Positions 1 through 10,966 of a stretch of 64,000 bases of DNA are shown piece by piece. The DNA is taken from contig MU053504.1 in NCBI GenBank assembly GCA_013239625.1, forward strand, positions 1,304,001 to 1,368,000, given 5' to 3'. Position 1 is the first letter of the stretch. Every line of letters begins with the position of its first letter. A program made the translations under genes and the position numbers. Under the pieces are notes generated by a model that saw only the letters and a list, made by a program, of their open reading frames with translations, had not been told where the DNA came from and did not search any database. The DNA comes from Lama guanicoe. Its lineage: Eukaryota.

Positions 1-383
1 GCCATGTGGTGGTTCTGTTTTTGGGTTTTTGAGAAACCTCCATATTGTTTTCCATAGTGGCTGCACCAAGATACATTCCCACCAACATGTACAAGCGTTC
101 CCCTTTCTCCACATCCTTGGCAACATTTGTTATTTGTGTTCTTTTTGATGATGGCCATTCTGACAGGCGTGAGATGGTGTCTCACTGTGATTTGGGCTTG
201 TGTTTCCCTGATATTGGTGATGTTGAGCACTTTTTCATGTTCGTGTGGGCCATCTGCATTTCCTCTTTTAGAAAAATATCTGTTCAGTTCTTCTGCCCAT
301 ATTTTAAATGGGTTGATTGGTTGGTTGTCTGCTTTTTAATTGAAGTACAGTTGATTTAAAATGTATTAATTTCTGGTGTCCAG
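1..383 (-). mobile_element. LINE-1 fragments (ORF2 end and a short 3'-end piece)
   Basis: Typical antisense L1 text (ctccatattgttttccatagtggctgcacc...ggccattctgacagg...tgttgagcactttttcatg). Confidence 0.85.
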
Positions 384-795
384 CATGGGTGGACTTGGAG
401 GGCATCATGCTAAGTGATATAAGTCAGACAGAGAAAGACAAATACTGTAAGCTATCACTTACATGTGGAATCTTAAAAAAAATACAACAAACTAGTGAAT
501 ATAACAGAAAAGAAACAGACTCACAGATATAGAGAAGGAACTAGTGGTTACCAGTGGGAAGAGGGAAGGGGGAGGGGCAAGATGGAGGTGGAGGATTAAT
601 AGGTACAAACTATCATGTATTGTACAACATGGGGAATATAGCTAATATTTTATAATAACTATAAATGGAGTAGACCTTTAAGAATTGTGTATTGTAAACC
701 TGTAACATATGATATTGTACATCAACTTACAATTTTAAAAAATATGATATTGTAAAATAAATACATAAGTAAAGTTTTAAAAATAAACAAATACA
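384..795 (+). mobile_element. LINE-1 3' end
   Basis: atgggtggacttggagggcatcatgctaagtga...agtcagacagagaaagacaaatac, ending in an A-rich tail. Confidence 0.85.
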
Positions 796-1214
796 TGAAA
801 AGTAAAAGGCTTACCAACAGCCTGGCAGAAAGGAACAGGGAGGATTTACAGAGAGCTCACGGGGAGCACCCAGGAGAGAGCAGTGTACAGCACACGTGCA
901 GCGCGGATAAGAGTTTTAAAATATCCATGTCGTTCTCTTTTTCTCACTCCTTGAGCAAGTGACTCTAACGCAGAACCCTTTTCCTCGCAAGACCCCCTTG
1001 GCTTCCCGCATCCCTGCTGCTGCCCAGGACCCCCGCAGTGGGCCCCGGGGAGACGAGGACGGAAGTGATCTTCTCCCTCCTTCAGAGACCGTCTGGCTCT
1101 TCCCGGGATGTGTATTTCCCTCCAGAAATGTCGGAATTGACGTAAGCGCTGCACAACAAATAAAGCAAAATACTCGTGTTCAGCATTTGACTCCCAAACT
1201 TGGATTTTGAATTC

Positions 1215-1680
1215 TGCCGACCAAAACTTGGCACTTGCATCTACTTCTGCTTGAATTAAATCATGAGCCCCTGCAGCTGCTGACCTTCAACACACCCTGA
1301 AAGGACTTCAGGGTGGAGGTCAGGAACAAGGCACTCCTTGCTCTGGAAAAAACTGGCAGAACAGGCCTTCAGACAGTTAGATATTTTCAGGAGATGTTAT
1401 GAGCCCAAAATTCTTGCATCTCCTCATACCTAGAAAAGCACTAAAACCACTAACAGTGACATGTGCTCCTCATGACTAGCAGCAAGCCTCTGCCTAAACG
1501 TGTGCTTGACTGCACGTCCCCCCTTCCCTGATCTCATATATAGGACTGAGTTCCCCCGCCTCTTCAGAGCAGTTCCTCAGAGCTATCTGAAAGGCTGTCT
1601 CCAGGGCTATAGTCCTCATCTTGCCCCAAATAAAACTTAGCTCACAGCTTTCACTTTGTGTGATTTTATTACAGTCGACA
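1215..1680 (+). mobile_element. Solo LTR, ERV1-like
   Basis: TGCCGAC...GTCGACA termini, AATAAA near 1629, imperfect 4-bp TSD attc/gttc. Confidence 0.75.
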
Positions 1681-2008
1681 GTTCCATAGCAGTCACTGTG
1701 GAAGACAGGCACTGTTGTGAGAGGGGGGAAATCTCTAAATTCCCAGATTGCACGTTGAGATACCACGGACGAAAGCTGGCGACCTTACACAGCAGAAACA
1801 CAGCAGCCGCAGAGGGTGGGGGTCTCTGCGTTATTCACTGATGAATCCCCAGTGCCTCGAACAGGGTCTGGTCCTAGAGGGTGCTTGCTATTCTCTGCAG
1901 GAAGCAGAGAAGAAGTGTCTTCCATGGTATAGACACGGAAGGTGCTGGAGCACGAGGGGATTTCCCTTCAGGGAGGAAAATGAGGTAAAAGCATCTCCCC
2001 TCCAGAAT

Positions 2009-2627
2009 TCTAACCGGAAAAGACACCTGCACCCCAGTGTTCACAGCAGCACTATTTACAACAGCCAAGACCTGGAAACAACCTAAATGTCCATCAACAG
2101 ATGACTGGATAAAGAAGTTGCATGTATATATACGCAACAGAATACTATTCAGCCATAAAAACGAATAAACTAATGCCATTTGCAGCAACATGGATGGACC
2201 TGGAGATTGTCATTCTAAGTGAAGTAAGCCAGAAAGAGAAAGAAAAATGCCATATAATATCACTCATATGTGGAGTTTAAAAAAAAAAAGGACACAAATG
2301 AGCTTATCGATAAAACAAAAGCAGACTCGTAGACACAGAAAACAAACTTGTGGTTACTAGGGGGAAAGGGGATGGGAAGGGATAAACTGGGAGTTTGAGA
2401 TTTGCAGATACTAACTACTATATGTAAAACAGATAAACAAGTTCACACTGTATAGCACAGGGAATTATATTCAATACCTTGTAGTAACCTATAATGAAAA
2501 AAACATGAAAAGGAATCTATGTATGTATATGCAGGACTGAAACATTATGCTGTACATCAGAAATTGACATAACATTGTAAACTGACTATACTTCAGTTTT
2601 AAAATAAAAAAGACAACAACAAAAAAA
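2009..2627 (+). mobile_element. 5'-truncated LINE-1 3' end
   Basis: gacacctgcaccccagtgttcacagcagcactatttaca...actgactatacttca plus A tail; degenerate TSD aaagcatctcccctccagaat / aaagcacccccccttccaacaat. Confidence 0.92.
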
Positions 2628-2891
2628 GAAAGCACCCCCCCTTCCAACAATAGAGAACCAGGCAGGGCCGGGATGAACGGCAAGAACGAAGGCCTGTGGG
2701 AGGGTCCTCACTCATCTGGGGAGGAGGAGAGGCAGCAGAGCTGGGAGTGCCCCCAGCAGGCCTTTTGCTGCACAGTCAGCAGAAGAGGCCCTGCAGTGGG
2801 AGGGCCCCAGCTGGGAGGGGGGCTGGCTGCAGACCCTCCGGGGCCCCAGGCCTACCGTGTGGGGGACAGAGAATGCAACCGAGAGTCCTCT

Positions 2892-3547
2892 TGATGCAGG
2901 AAAAATGAATGTGGGGCATGAGGAGGGCCGTGTCCTGGGTCTCGGTTGAGTCCCTGGGATGTGCCCACCAAGTGTGGGTCCTTGGCTTCTCGCAGGAAAG
3001 AATTCAAGAACGAGCCACAGCTGAGTAAAGGTAGATTTATTTGGAGAGATACATACTGCATGGAGTGTAGGCTGTTTCAAAAGGCGAGAGAAAGGCCACC
3101 AGATGTGTGGGTTGGGTGCTCAAGTTAAAGCAGAAGTAGGTACACACTCCAGAGACAGAGTGCAGGCCGTCTCCAAAGACAAGGGAGCGAGAGAGGCCAT
3201 GAGGTACTACAGTGTGTTGCCAGTTTTTACGGGCTCGGTAGCTTCACATGCCTACAAGTGGGAGGACCATTCCAACTTCCCTGGGAAAGGGGCTGGGATT
3301 CCCAGGACACCCACTCTTTGGCCTTTCCTGGTTAGTCTTGGAACTGTCATGGTGCCTGTAGGCATGTTATTTATCATGCAAATATATTGCAATGAGTGTA
3401 TAATGAAGCTCCAGGTCTACTAGAAGTCAAATCTCCCACCATCTTGATCCTCAAGGCCAACTGGGAGTTGAATCTTCCGCCATTTTGGTGTTAATTGCTG
3501 TGTCATTCCTTGAATGGCTGTGCTCTGCCCCCTTCCCTCCTGTCCCA
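2892..3547 (-). mobile_element. Solo LTR, ERV1-like, antisense
   Basis: TG...CA termini, exact 4-bp TSD CTCT on both sides, AATAAA on the minus strand near 3036-3041. Confidence 0.82.
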
Positions 3548-3819
3548 CTCTCACTGCCCTTGAACCTTGGACGGGGGCCAAGGGCATGCTGCAGGAACCA
3601 TCGGATCCTAGAAGAACATCAGGTGACAAAGAGAAAAATTTTAAAGCTTGAGCTGAACTGTTGTGTGTGCATTTTAGCTGCTACCACACTTGCCTGTTCT
3701 TTTGCCCTTGTCCCTCGCCAAGGTTGCCAGGTGATAGGCACTCCTACTCCTGATCCCGTGGGGACATGAGAGCCCTGGGCTGGGTCTGTCCCAACACCCC
3801 TGTGAGACTGGCCCTGGGG

Positions 3820-4276
3820 CAGATTCTTAATCCTATTGTATTATGGAACCCTGACAAGGTACCTAGACTGCCCTACTCAGAACACTGATTTTAATTCCAT
3901 GAGATAAAATACTGGGATTACAAAGGAGGCCAACGATCCTGAAATTGGTGTCAAAATAGTTTTTAAAAATCTGTCATATAGTGACACATGTGCTTCCTAA
4001 AAATTAGATCAAGTTGCAGGTCTATAACTACAGTAATTTCAAAGTAGTGATGAGCATAAATGATGTTTTGAGATATCCCCAACAGTTAAATAATGAGTTA
4101 TCGAAATATCTATGACTCCTATTGTGAATAAAATCACACACTTTTGAGGGAAATGCTAAATTTCAGTTAAAGGCCGGGAGAAAATGAAGGTAATGTTTTC
4201 CCCCATTCCTGTTCACAGACCCACACAATGTGATCCAGCGCTCTTGGAATGCCAGGGACTCCAGGTTAAGAACACG
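3820..4276. mobile_element. hAT-Charlie type DNA transposon remnant
   Basis: Degenerate terminal inverted repeats cagattcttaatcct ... ccaggttaagaac with an AT-rich interior. Confidence 0.6.
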
Positions 4277-4944
4277 GCAGGCACACTGAGGGCTGTGATC
4301 ACCTTCCAGAGGGTCCCTCTGAAAGTCTGGTCATGGTTTTCAAAGCAGCCGAATCTGCCTGTTTTGAAGCCGAGCAGCAGTGGAAAGAAAGAGCGAGCAA
4401 ACGAGCTGGTGGTGGGAGAAGGAACAGTCCATCAGAGTGGGCTCAGGACTCAGACTGGGATGGATCCGAACCCCCACTGGTTGTCCTGGGAATCTGCATT
4501 TTAAACAGAAGCCCTGGTGATAACTTCCACAAACATCCTAGAACTTTCCTGGTGCCTGTCCCAACCAGAGACTCAAACCAGAAGGATGGAGCCCCAGGAG
4601 GCTCCTCACACCTCCTCTGACTGGAGCGCAAGTGGCATCGTTGCTGGGAGGTGAACCAGCAGCTTCTGGCCCCTCCGGGGCCCCTCCGAGTGTAAGTGAT
4701 GCCTGAAACGTGAGGCCACACCGCTCCTTCGCAGGGAAACCTGAGCGGTGGAGTGTGCAGCCGGATTGAAGGGCTGGGAACCTACCGCCTCCGTCCCTGC
4801 CTCTCTCCCAAACTTCACCCACCTCCACATTCAATCTCAAAGAAGCCAAGGAGCCCAGGAAAGGAGGCCAGCCACCATGAGGTCAGCAAACACCCCAGGC
4901 TGAAGGTGCCTGTGGATGAGCAAGCTTCGTGAACCCTGCTGACC

Positions 4945-4978
4945 ATGAGCCGCCAGCTAAAGGGCCAAGGGGAGGAAG
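4945..4978 (+). CDS. TMC2: TMC2 coding exon 1 (MSRQLKGQGEE)
   Basis: Kozak-like gaccATG, donor G|gtgagt, 34 nt; similar to human MSHQVKGLKEE. Confidence 0.92.
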
Positions 4979-5557
4979 GTGAGTCCGCCCTCATCTCTGC
5001 AGGGTCCACTCACAGGGCTTCTGGACAGCAGGGAACCGGGAAGCAGATGGGGTCTTTTGAGGTACAAGGGTCTGTGTTTGAGTGCAAGGTCAGCCACTTG
5101 CTCAATGAGCAACCTCAGTCTGGTTGTGCAACGTCTCCCTGCCTCATCCACAAGATGAAGGCAGCCACAGCCCCCTTGCAGGGCTGTCAGAGGGACTAAG
5201 AGACGCTCGTGTCTGTGTTAATGTTGAGAACAGAGGCTGCCAGAACCTGCCGGGCTCCCTCAGCCTCCCGCAGTCCTGGTCAGCATCACCTTTCCTTAGC
5301 AATCCCCTCCACAGATTTCTCTGTCTGACTGTCTGTCTGTCTGCCTGGGGTTGTGGAGATGTTCTGACCTCATGACTCTCCAGGGTGTCAGAGGAAGGTC
5401 AGGATGAGGGAATCTGGAGCTCATTGAGTTAAATAGTTGGAGCCAGGTTCCCTATGAGGCTCTGTAACCAGCTGGGGGTTCCCGCAGTGCGATGAGGGTG
5501 GTGCAGGGAGGGGACCCACCAGAGGTCAGCCATTCATCCCTGTTCCGTCTCTTACAG

Positions 5558-5605
5558 CAGGAGGTGGCGTGAGGGAGCAGGCGAGGAGCGGCTCTCCGGG
5601 CACAG
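5558..5605 (+). CDS. TMC2: TMC2 exon 2 (AGGGVREQARSGSPGT)
   Basis: Acceptor ctcttacag|, donor CAG|gtgaga, 48 nt, phase 1-1; similar to human ARGGVKGRVKSGSPHT. Confidence 0.9.
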
Positions 5606-8600
5606 GTGAGATAGGGGTGGGGTGTCCAGGGGGCCCTGCAGTCCGGCCACCGACCCAGCCTTCTCTTTCATCCTCCTGCCTCCCTCCCTCCCTCCCTCCC
5701 CTTGTAAGGAGGTAGTTTCATTGCGGAGAGGGGGCGAGTGCTGTTCAGAGAGGGCCTGCCCTCAGCCCCAAGTGTCAAGGGAGAGGCCCAGAGTTAGTGA
5801 CACTGAGTTGAGCCTCAGGGAGCAGTGAACACTCAGTCACCAGGCTGGGGGGCTGGGAGGCGGGTAGGCAGTGGAGCCGGGCTCACACTCAGGCCACCTG
5901 ACTCCCAGGGGCACACCCTCACCCTCCACGAAGTACTGGCAGTGGTGGGTCACCTTCCCATCAGGAATATGGACACAGCCCTTCTGTGAGCCAGCTAGGG
6001 CTATCCGGAGTGGGTCACCAGCTCCTGGAGATGCTGAAGAGCCAGTGGAAGTCACAGGTGGAAGAGAAGACCCTCTGCTGCCTTCAGGAGGGCGAGAGCC
6101 ACACCCATGGGTCGGACATCCTGCGCTTTAGGTCAGGAGACGTGTGGGTACAGTGCCATTTTCTCCTCGCAGCCTAGGCAGGGCCCTGCTTGTAGGTGGA
6201 GAAGCAGAAATCTCAGGAAGTGATAGACTTCTCAGAGGGGAAGGCCGGTTGGAAGAGATCCTCTTGCCTCATTCTGAGGGGAAAGGCCTTGTCCTGACCC
6301 CCTACACTGGCACACAGTATGTGGAGGAACTGGCCATAGGATCCAACCCATCTACCTCCTCTGCCAGTACCTTCTCTCTTGCACTCACTGCTCCCCCACT
6401 GCCAGGGCCTGAGCCTCTGGTGAGGCAGCCCCATGACAGTGGGGACAGGGGGACCCAAGAGCAAGATGTGCAGAGGGGCCCGGGATCTGGCAGGAGGGAG
6501 GCCATGGAGGCAGCACTGGAATCTCTGCACTCCTTCCTGCCCCCAGAGCTGCCTCATGGCCGCTATCCCACTTCCCCACCCGTCCTGCCTCCCCATCCAG
6601 TCCTCATGTCTGTCCAGAGACATGGGAGCGAGTGTGAGAAAGTGCTCGGTGCCCCAGTGTGGCTGGACCAGGACCCGTCCTTGGGGAGAGTCAGTTCCCT
6701 TGGTGACGCTGGGTGTAGTATGCCCAGGTCTAGTTCTCCATGTCCCATTTCCCTGTGGTCCTCCAGCTGCTGTCCCTTCTGCACCCAACCTGGCCCCGCT
6801 CTGCCCCAGCTGAAGGGGCCAGCCTTGCAGAGGTCACCTGTGGGCAAATGGTTCTTGAGCAGGACTGAAATGGGAAGTCATTTTGCCTAAAACACAAACA
6901 TTTGTCTACTGAAATGTGCCACATACACACACACACAACCCCCGCCCTCTGGCCATTTTCTCTTACGCATGGAAAAGAGGAAATGGGTCCAAATTTTCAC
7001 TTCAGGGACACAAATGGTCAAGGGATGCAATGAAATTAGAAAATGGGAATCTATTACATTAACTGAAGTGCAATTGCATAAAGATTTCCTTTTAAAATCT
7101 CCTCTGGATTCACCTCTGAAGGACCCGATATCCTATTCCTCCAGCTTATGGTCTACAAGAAGGAAAAAATGTCTGAGGATACAAGGTTTGTTTCGCAAAA
7201 TAATTACAATTTGTTCTTCCATTCATTGAAAAGGAGGATCAGAATTCGCCTTCCTCTTGTATTTCGGTGAGTGTACTTAACTGTTAAGAGTTGGCGGGTA
7301 AGCCGGGCCTACTGGGCCTTCCAGCTTCTCTGTTTTCCTTTCAGCCTCTTTTCCTCTCTGAATTTTCTAACTTGAGTCAGATACATAAAAGCAAGGAGGT
7401 CTGTTTAGTGTAAGCGAGTGCATTCAGGTTTTGGAGGTCTTCCTAATGTGACAGCTGCCTTCCTAGCTCCTAAATTATGTATTATGTGGAGTCTGTATTG
7501 ACTATGAAAGAAAAACTTAGAAAGCAGCTAGCTTTCTGTGTAAAAGAGGCTTAGGGGAAGATTGAAGGGCAAATTCTGGCTTGCTCTCCACATTTCACAT
7601 GAATTCTATTCTGTTGGGAAACAAGATTGCAACAGGAATTACAGCTTGGAAAAAATAAATGAGCCTCCAAGGTATGCCTACAGTGCTTGGACGAATACCT
7701 GGTAGGTACAGTTCGTTATGAAAAAGGAAATCATTTCTTAGCTGATCAGGGACACACAAGAGTTCAGAAGAGGATGCAAACATATATTGACTTTCTCATC
7801 CAGTCCTTTCAAGCAATGTGGAGCTGGTCTTGGATGACCCAGAGACCCTTCTCCTTAATTTCTCGTCCATGCCCTCTGCTCCTCTGCCCTCTCTGAGAGC
7901 CTGGCTCAGTCCTAGAGCTCTGCCTGGAGTCATAGCTGCGGGGATATACACTTTCTCACATTCACTCCCATGTCTTTGGAGAGAGTGGATTTGTTTCTGG
8001 CCAAAGCCTCTCAGAGCATGGGGAAGAACAAACCCATCTTCCCCTGGCTAATACTGACCAGCTTCCTAACTTGGATGAGTTATTATTACACTTAAATAAT
8101 TTGTTGTTGCGCTGTCTTACCAAAAACCCTCTTCCCATAGGAGGTGAGAAGGAGGAGAGGTGAGGGCAGGGGTGGGTAAGGGAAACCTGCCCCACCATAA
8201 TGCGATCGCCTGTCTTTGAGTCTGTAACCAGCACTCAGTACTCTTCACTCTGTCTCATCAGAGCCTGCAGTAATGGCAGCAATTGGAAACCAAAACAAAG
8301 CTTTTCTGGGGTCCTTTCCACCCACTCACTGCCTGACCCTGCCCGACACCTGCTCACTGTACACCCCCACACTCTAGCTTCAGATCTCAGTTTAGACGTT
8401 TCTACCTCCAGAATATCTTCCTCAAATCTGGGTGAAGCCCACCACTGCGCTTCTTGGATCCTAGAACTGATCACACGCCCTGTCTCTCCCACTAACTCAA
8501 AACTTGGTGACAGAAAGGATCTTGTTGGTGTCATTTACTGCTCTAGCCCTGTACCTTGAGCCGTGTCCAGTCAATGATCAACAGTGGTTTTGTACGGGTG

Positions 8601-8864
8601 AATGAGTTAGTGAATAAAAGGACAAATGCATCTCTTTTGAGTTTTTGACCAACTCAGTCAGCCAGGCAGGCATCTTGTCAGTTTGAATATGCTACCAATA
8701 TCCTAGCTTGAGATCCAAGGAGGGGACTTTGGCTAGTTTATCTTATCATTGAACCTCAAAGCTAACCCTGTTTGCTCAATCCAGCATGCCCCAGCTTATA
8801 TCACCCTTGCACAGATACTGTCTCGATTGGACTTAAAAAACCCACCATACTTTGAGAGAGGTGC

Positions 8865-9320
8865 CTGTCGGTAGGTCAGGTTCCCTGGAAGCAGGGGTTG
8901 TGATGGGGATTCTCGCGCATGTGGTTTATCGTGGGCAGCTCTCAGGAGACAAAGAGTGAGGGAAGCAGGACTGTGCAAGGGAAGGAGCTGAGCAAAGATG
9001 TGTGTTCATCCAGAGTCTAGCCTCTGCCTGATCCCACGGGGAGCTCTGGAGCACAAATGAACCACAGACTTGCTCCGCCTTGAGGCAGGAGGACTGGGCT
9101 TTTGTACCGCATAATAATTAGCAATTGGCTGTGGGCTGACTTGAAGAGAGGACAAGGATGTAAACTCCCAGGCATTTCCCAGCAAGATGGTTTCCATCAA
9201 CCACAGGCTGTCTTGGGAAGGGAGAAGCTGTGAGCTGTGAAAGCCAGCATCCACAGCGGCTAAGGGCAGATGCAGTGGCCAGGTAATGGGGGTCTGGGTA
9301 GACCACCAACAGCACATCCC
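8865..9320 (-). mobile_element. ERVL LTR16-like solo LTR
   Basis: The minus strand starts tgtgctgttggtggtctacccagacccc and ends ...cttccagggaacctgacct, as in recalled LTR16 elements. Confidence 0.65.
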
Positions 9321-9718
9321 TGAGTACCCACAAGGATGCTGATTCAGAGAGAACAAGCAACCTGCCCAGAGTTACCCAGCTAATAACCAGCAGAACAGGA
9401 CTCTGGCCCGAGACATCTAGACTCTGAATCCCCAGCTCAGTTGCCCCAGTCCAGCCCCCCCTACTAGGGTCTTTGTTGAGTAGACCCTATGAGCCAGACC
9501 CTTTATTCCTGTTTTTTAATTAACCTTCCCAACCATGTAGGGAAATAGGGGCTACTGGAGCCACTTTACAGTGCAGAAAAGCTGTAATTTATCTGTGGTC
9601 ACAGGTTAAATAGATGATAGAACTGATATTTTCATGTAGACCGGCCTAGCTCCAAACCTGTATTCTTTTTACAAGTAAAGAGATCTTACTGAGTGTCAGA
9701 GTAATGGCATCTGTTCTT

Positions 9719-9862
9719 GGGGGGAAGGTATAGCTCAGCGGTAAAAGTGCATGCCTAGCATGCACAAGGTCCTGGATTCAAACCCCAGTACCTCCGTTAA
9801 AATAAATAAGTAAATATATAAACTTAGTTACCTCCTCCCCAAAACAAAACCAATAAAAAAAA
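9719..9862 (+). mobile_element. tRNA-Ala-derived SINE (camelid type, long form)
   Basis: A box tagctcagcgg, B box ggattcaaacc, A-rich tail, TSD aatggcatctgttct / aatgacatctcttct. Confidence 0.92.
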
Positions 9863-10659
9863 ATGACATCTCTTCTCAAATGTCAGTCACTGCCATGTTC
9901 ATTAACGCACTAATGGAGCATTAACACCCCCATGTTAGGAGATGAACTGAGACTCAGAGAGGTTAAGTGACTTGCTCAAAGACACCCAGCTAGTAAGTGG
10001 TGCAAAGGTTGGTTATTAATACCAGAACCTGGTTACAATTTTTCCTACATTTAATTTATAAATGCCTGTATAGGATAGTTGTGCTTAAACTAGCGGTTGG
10101 GCAAACTCTTGGGGAAATTTCATGCTGTAGAGTAGATTCTGCTCAGCCAGGCCATTTGTCAATGCTGTGAAGTCATGATTTAAAACAACAACAACGTTCA
10201 GGCAGCGCTGAGGACCAGGACGGGAACTGACTCTGCTGCACTCACCTCCTGTCCTTTCCTTTATGCCAGGCGGGGAGTGAGGGGAACAGAGCCAGCCAGG
10301 GCTCTTCCTGTCTCAGGGGTCCAGCCTTACCAAACAGAGGCCCGTGCTTGGCCTTGGCCCTGAGGATCAGGAGACAACTCTGCTCTGACCCCAAGGGACT
10401 GCACCCCCAAGAAGAGGAAAGCAGGTGCCTAGGTCTCTACCCGAGGTTATGTGAGAGTGTGCGAGTGCCAGCCAGTCAGAGGAAGGAGACAACTTTGATC
10501 CATACCAGAGGCTGTGTCTGAAAGAAGTGGCCGTTGGAACCGATAAGCTCCAGGAAGCATCCTGGACACCTGATTTCTCATAGCAGAGGGTTGTGGGGGC
10601 GGCGTTTTCCTGGAGTCAAGGCCCACGCAGCCAGGACTGTTCATTCCCTGCCTCTGCAG

Positions 10660-10966
10660 GTGACAGGTCTGGGAAGAGACCCTCGAGGAAGCGGACTTAC
10701 AAAGCCGAGGATGCACCGGGCAGGCGTGGAGCCCAGCCTGGCCAGAAGGAGCGGGCTGGGGGCAGCCCGAGGCCGGGGTCTCCCCGGAGGAAAGAGGCAG
10801 AGCGCAGGGGACGCCAAGAGCAGCTGGGGGAGCGGGAGCGGCGAAGCGCAGCAGAGAGGACCAGCGAAGGGAGGAGGAAGAGGGACAGGACGGCTTCCCT
10901 CAGGGAGCAGAGAGCACCCCCAAAGAAGGAAAAGGAAGCGATGTGGAAGCAGCTGAAGAAACACAG
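10660..10966 (+). CDS. TMC2: TMC2 exon 3 (Arg/Glu/Lys-rich N-terminus)
   Basis: ctctgcag|GTGAC ... CACAG|gtgtgt, 307 nt; DRSGKRPSRKRTYKAEDAPGRRGAQPGQKERAGGSPRPGSPRRK... Confidence 0.95.

Noticed and set aside
335..795. Opposed L1 pieces that could be a twin-priming inversion
   Set aside because: The + strand piece has its own 3' end and tail, so independent insertions or a deletion fit better.
6144..6890. 248-aa + strand ORF in intron 2 (and the overlapping 191-aa - strand ORF)
   Set aside because: GC-rich, Pro/Ser/Gly-biased, non-ATG start, no recognisable domain; exons 2 and 3 already join in frame without it.
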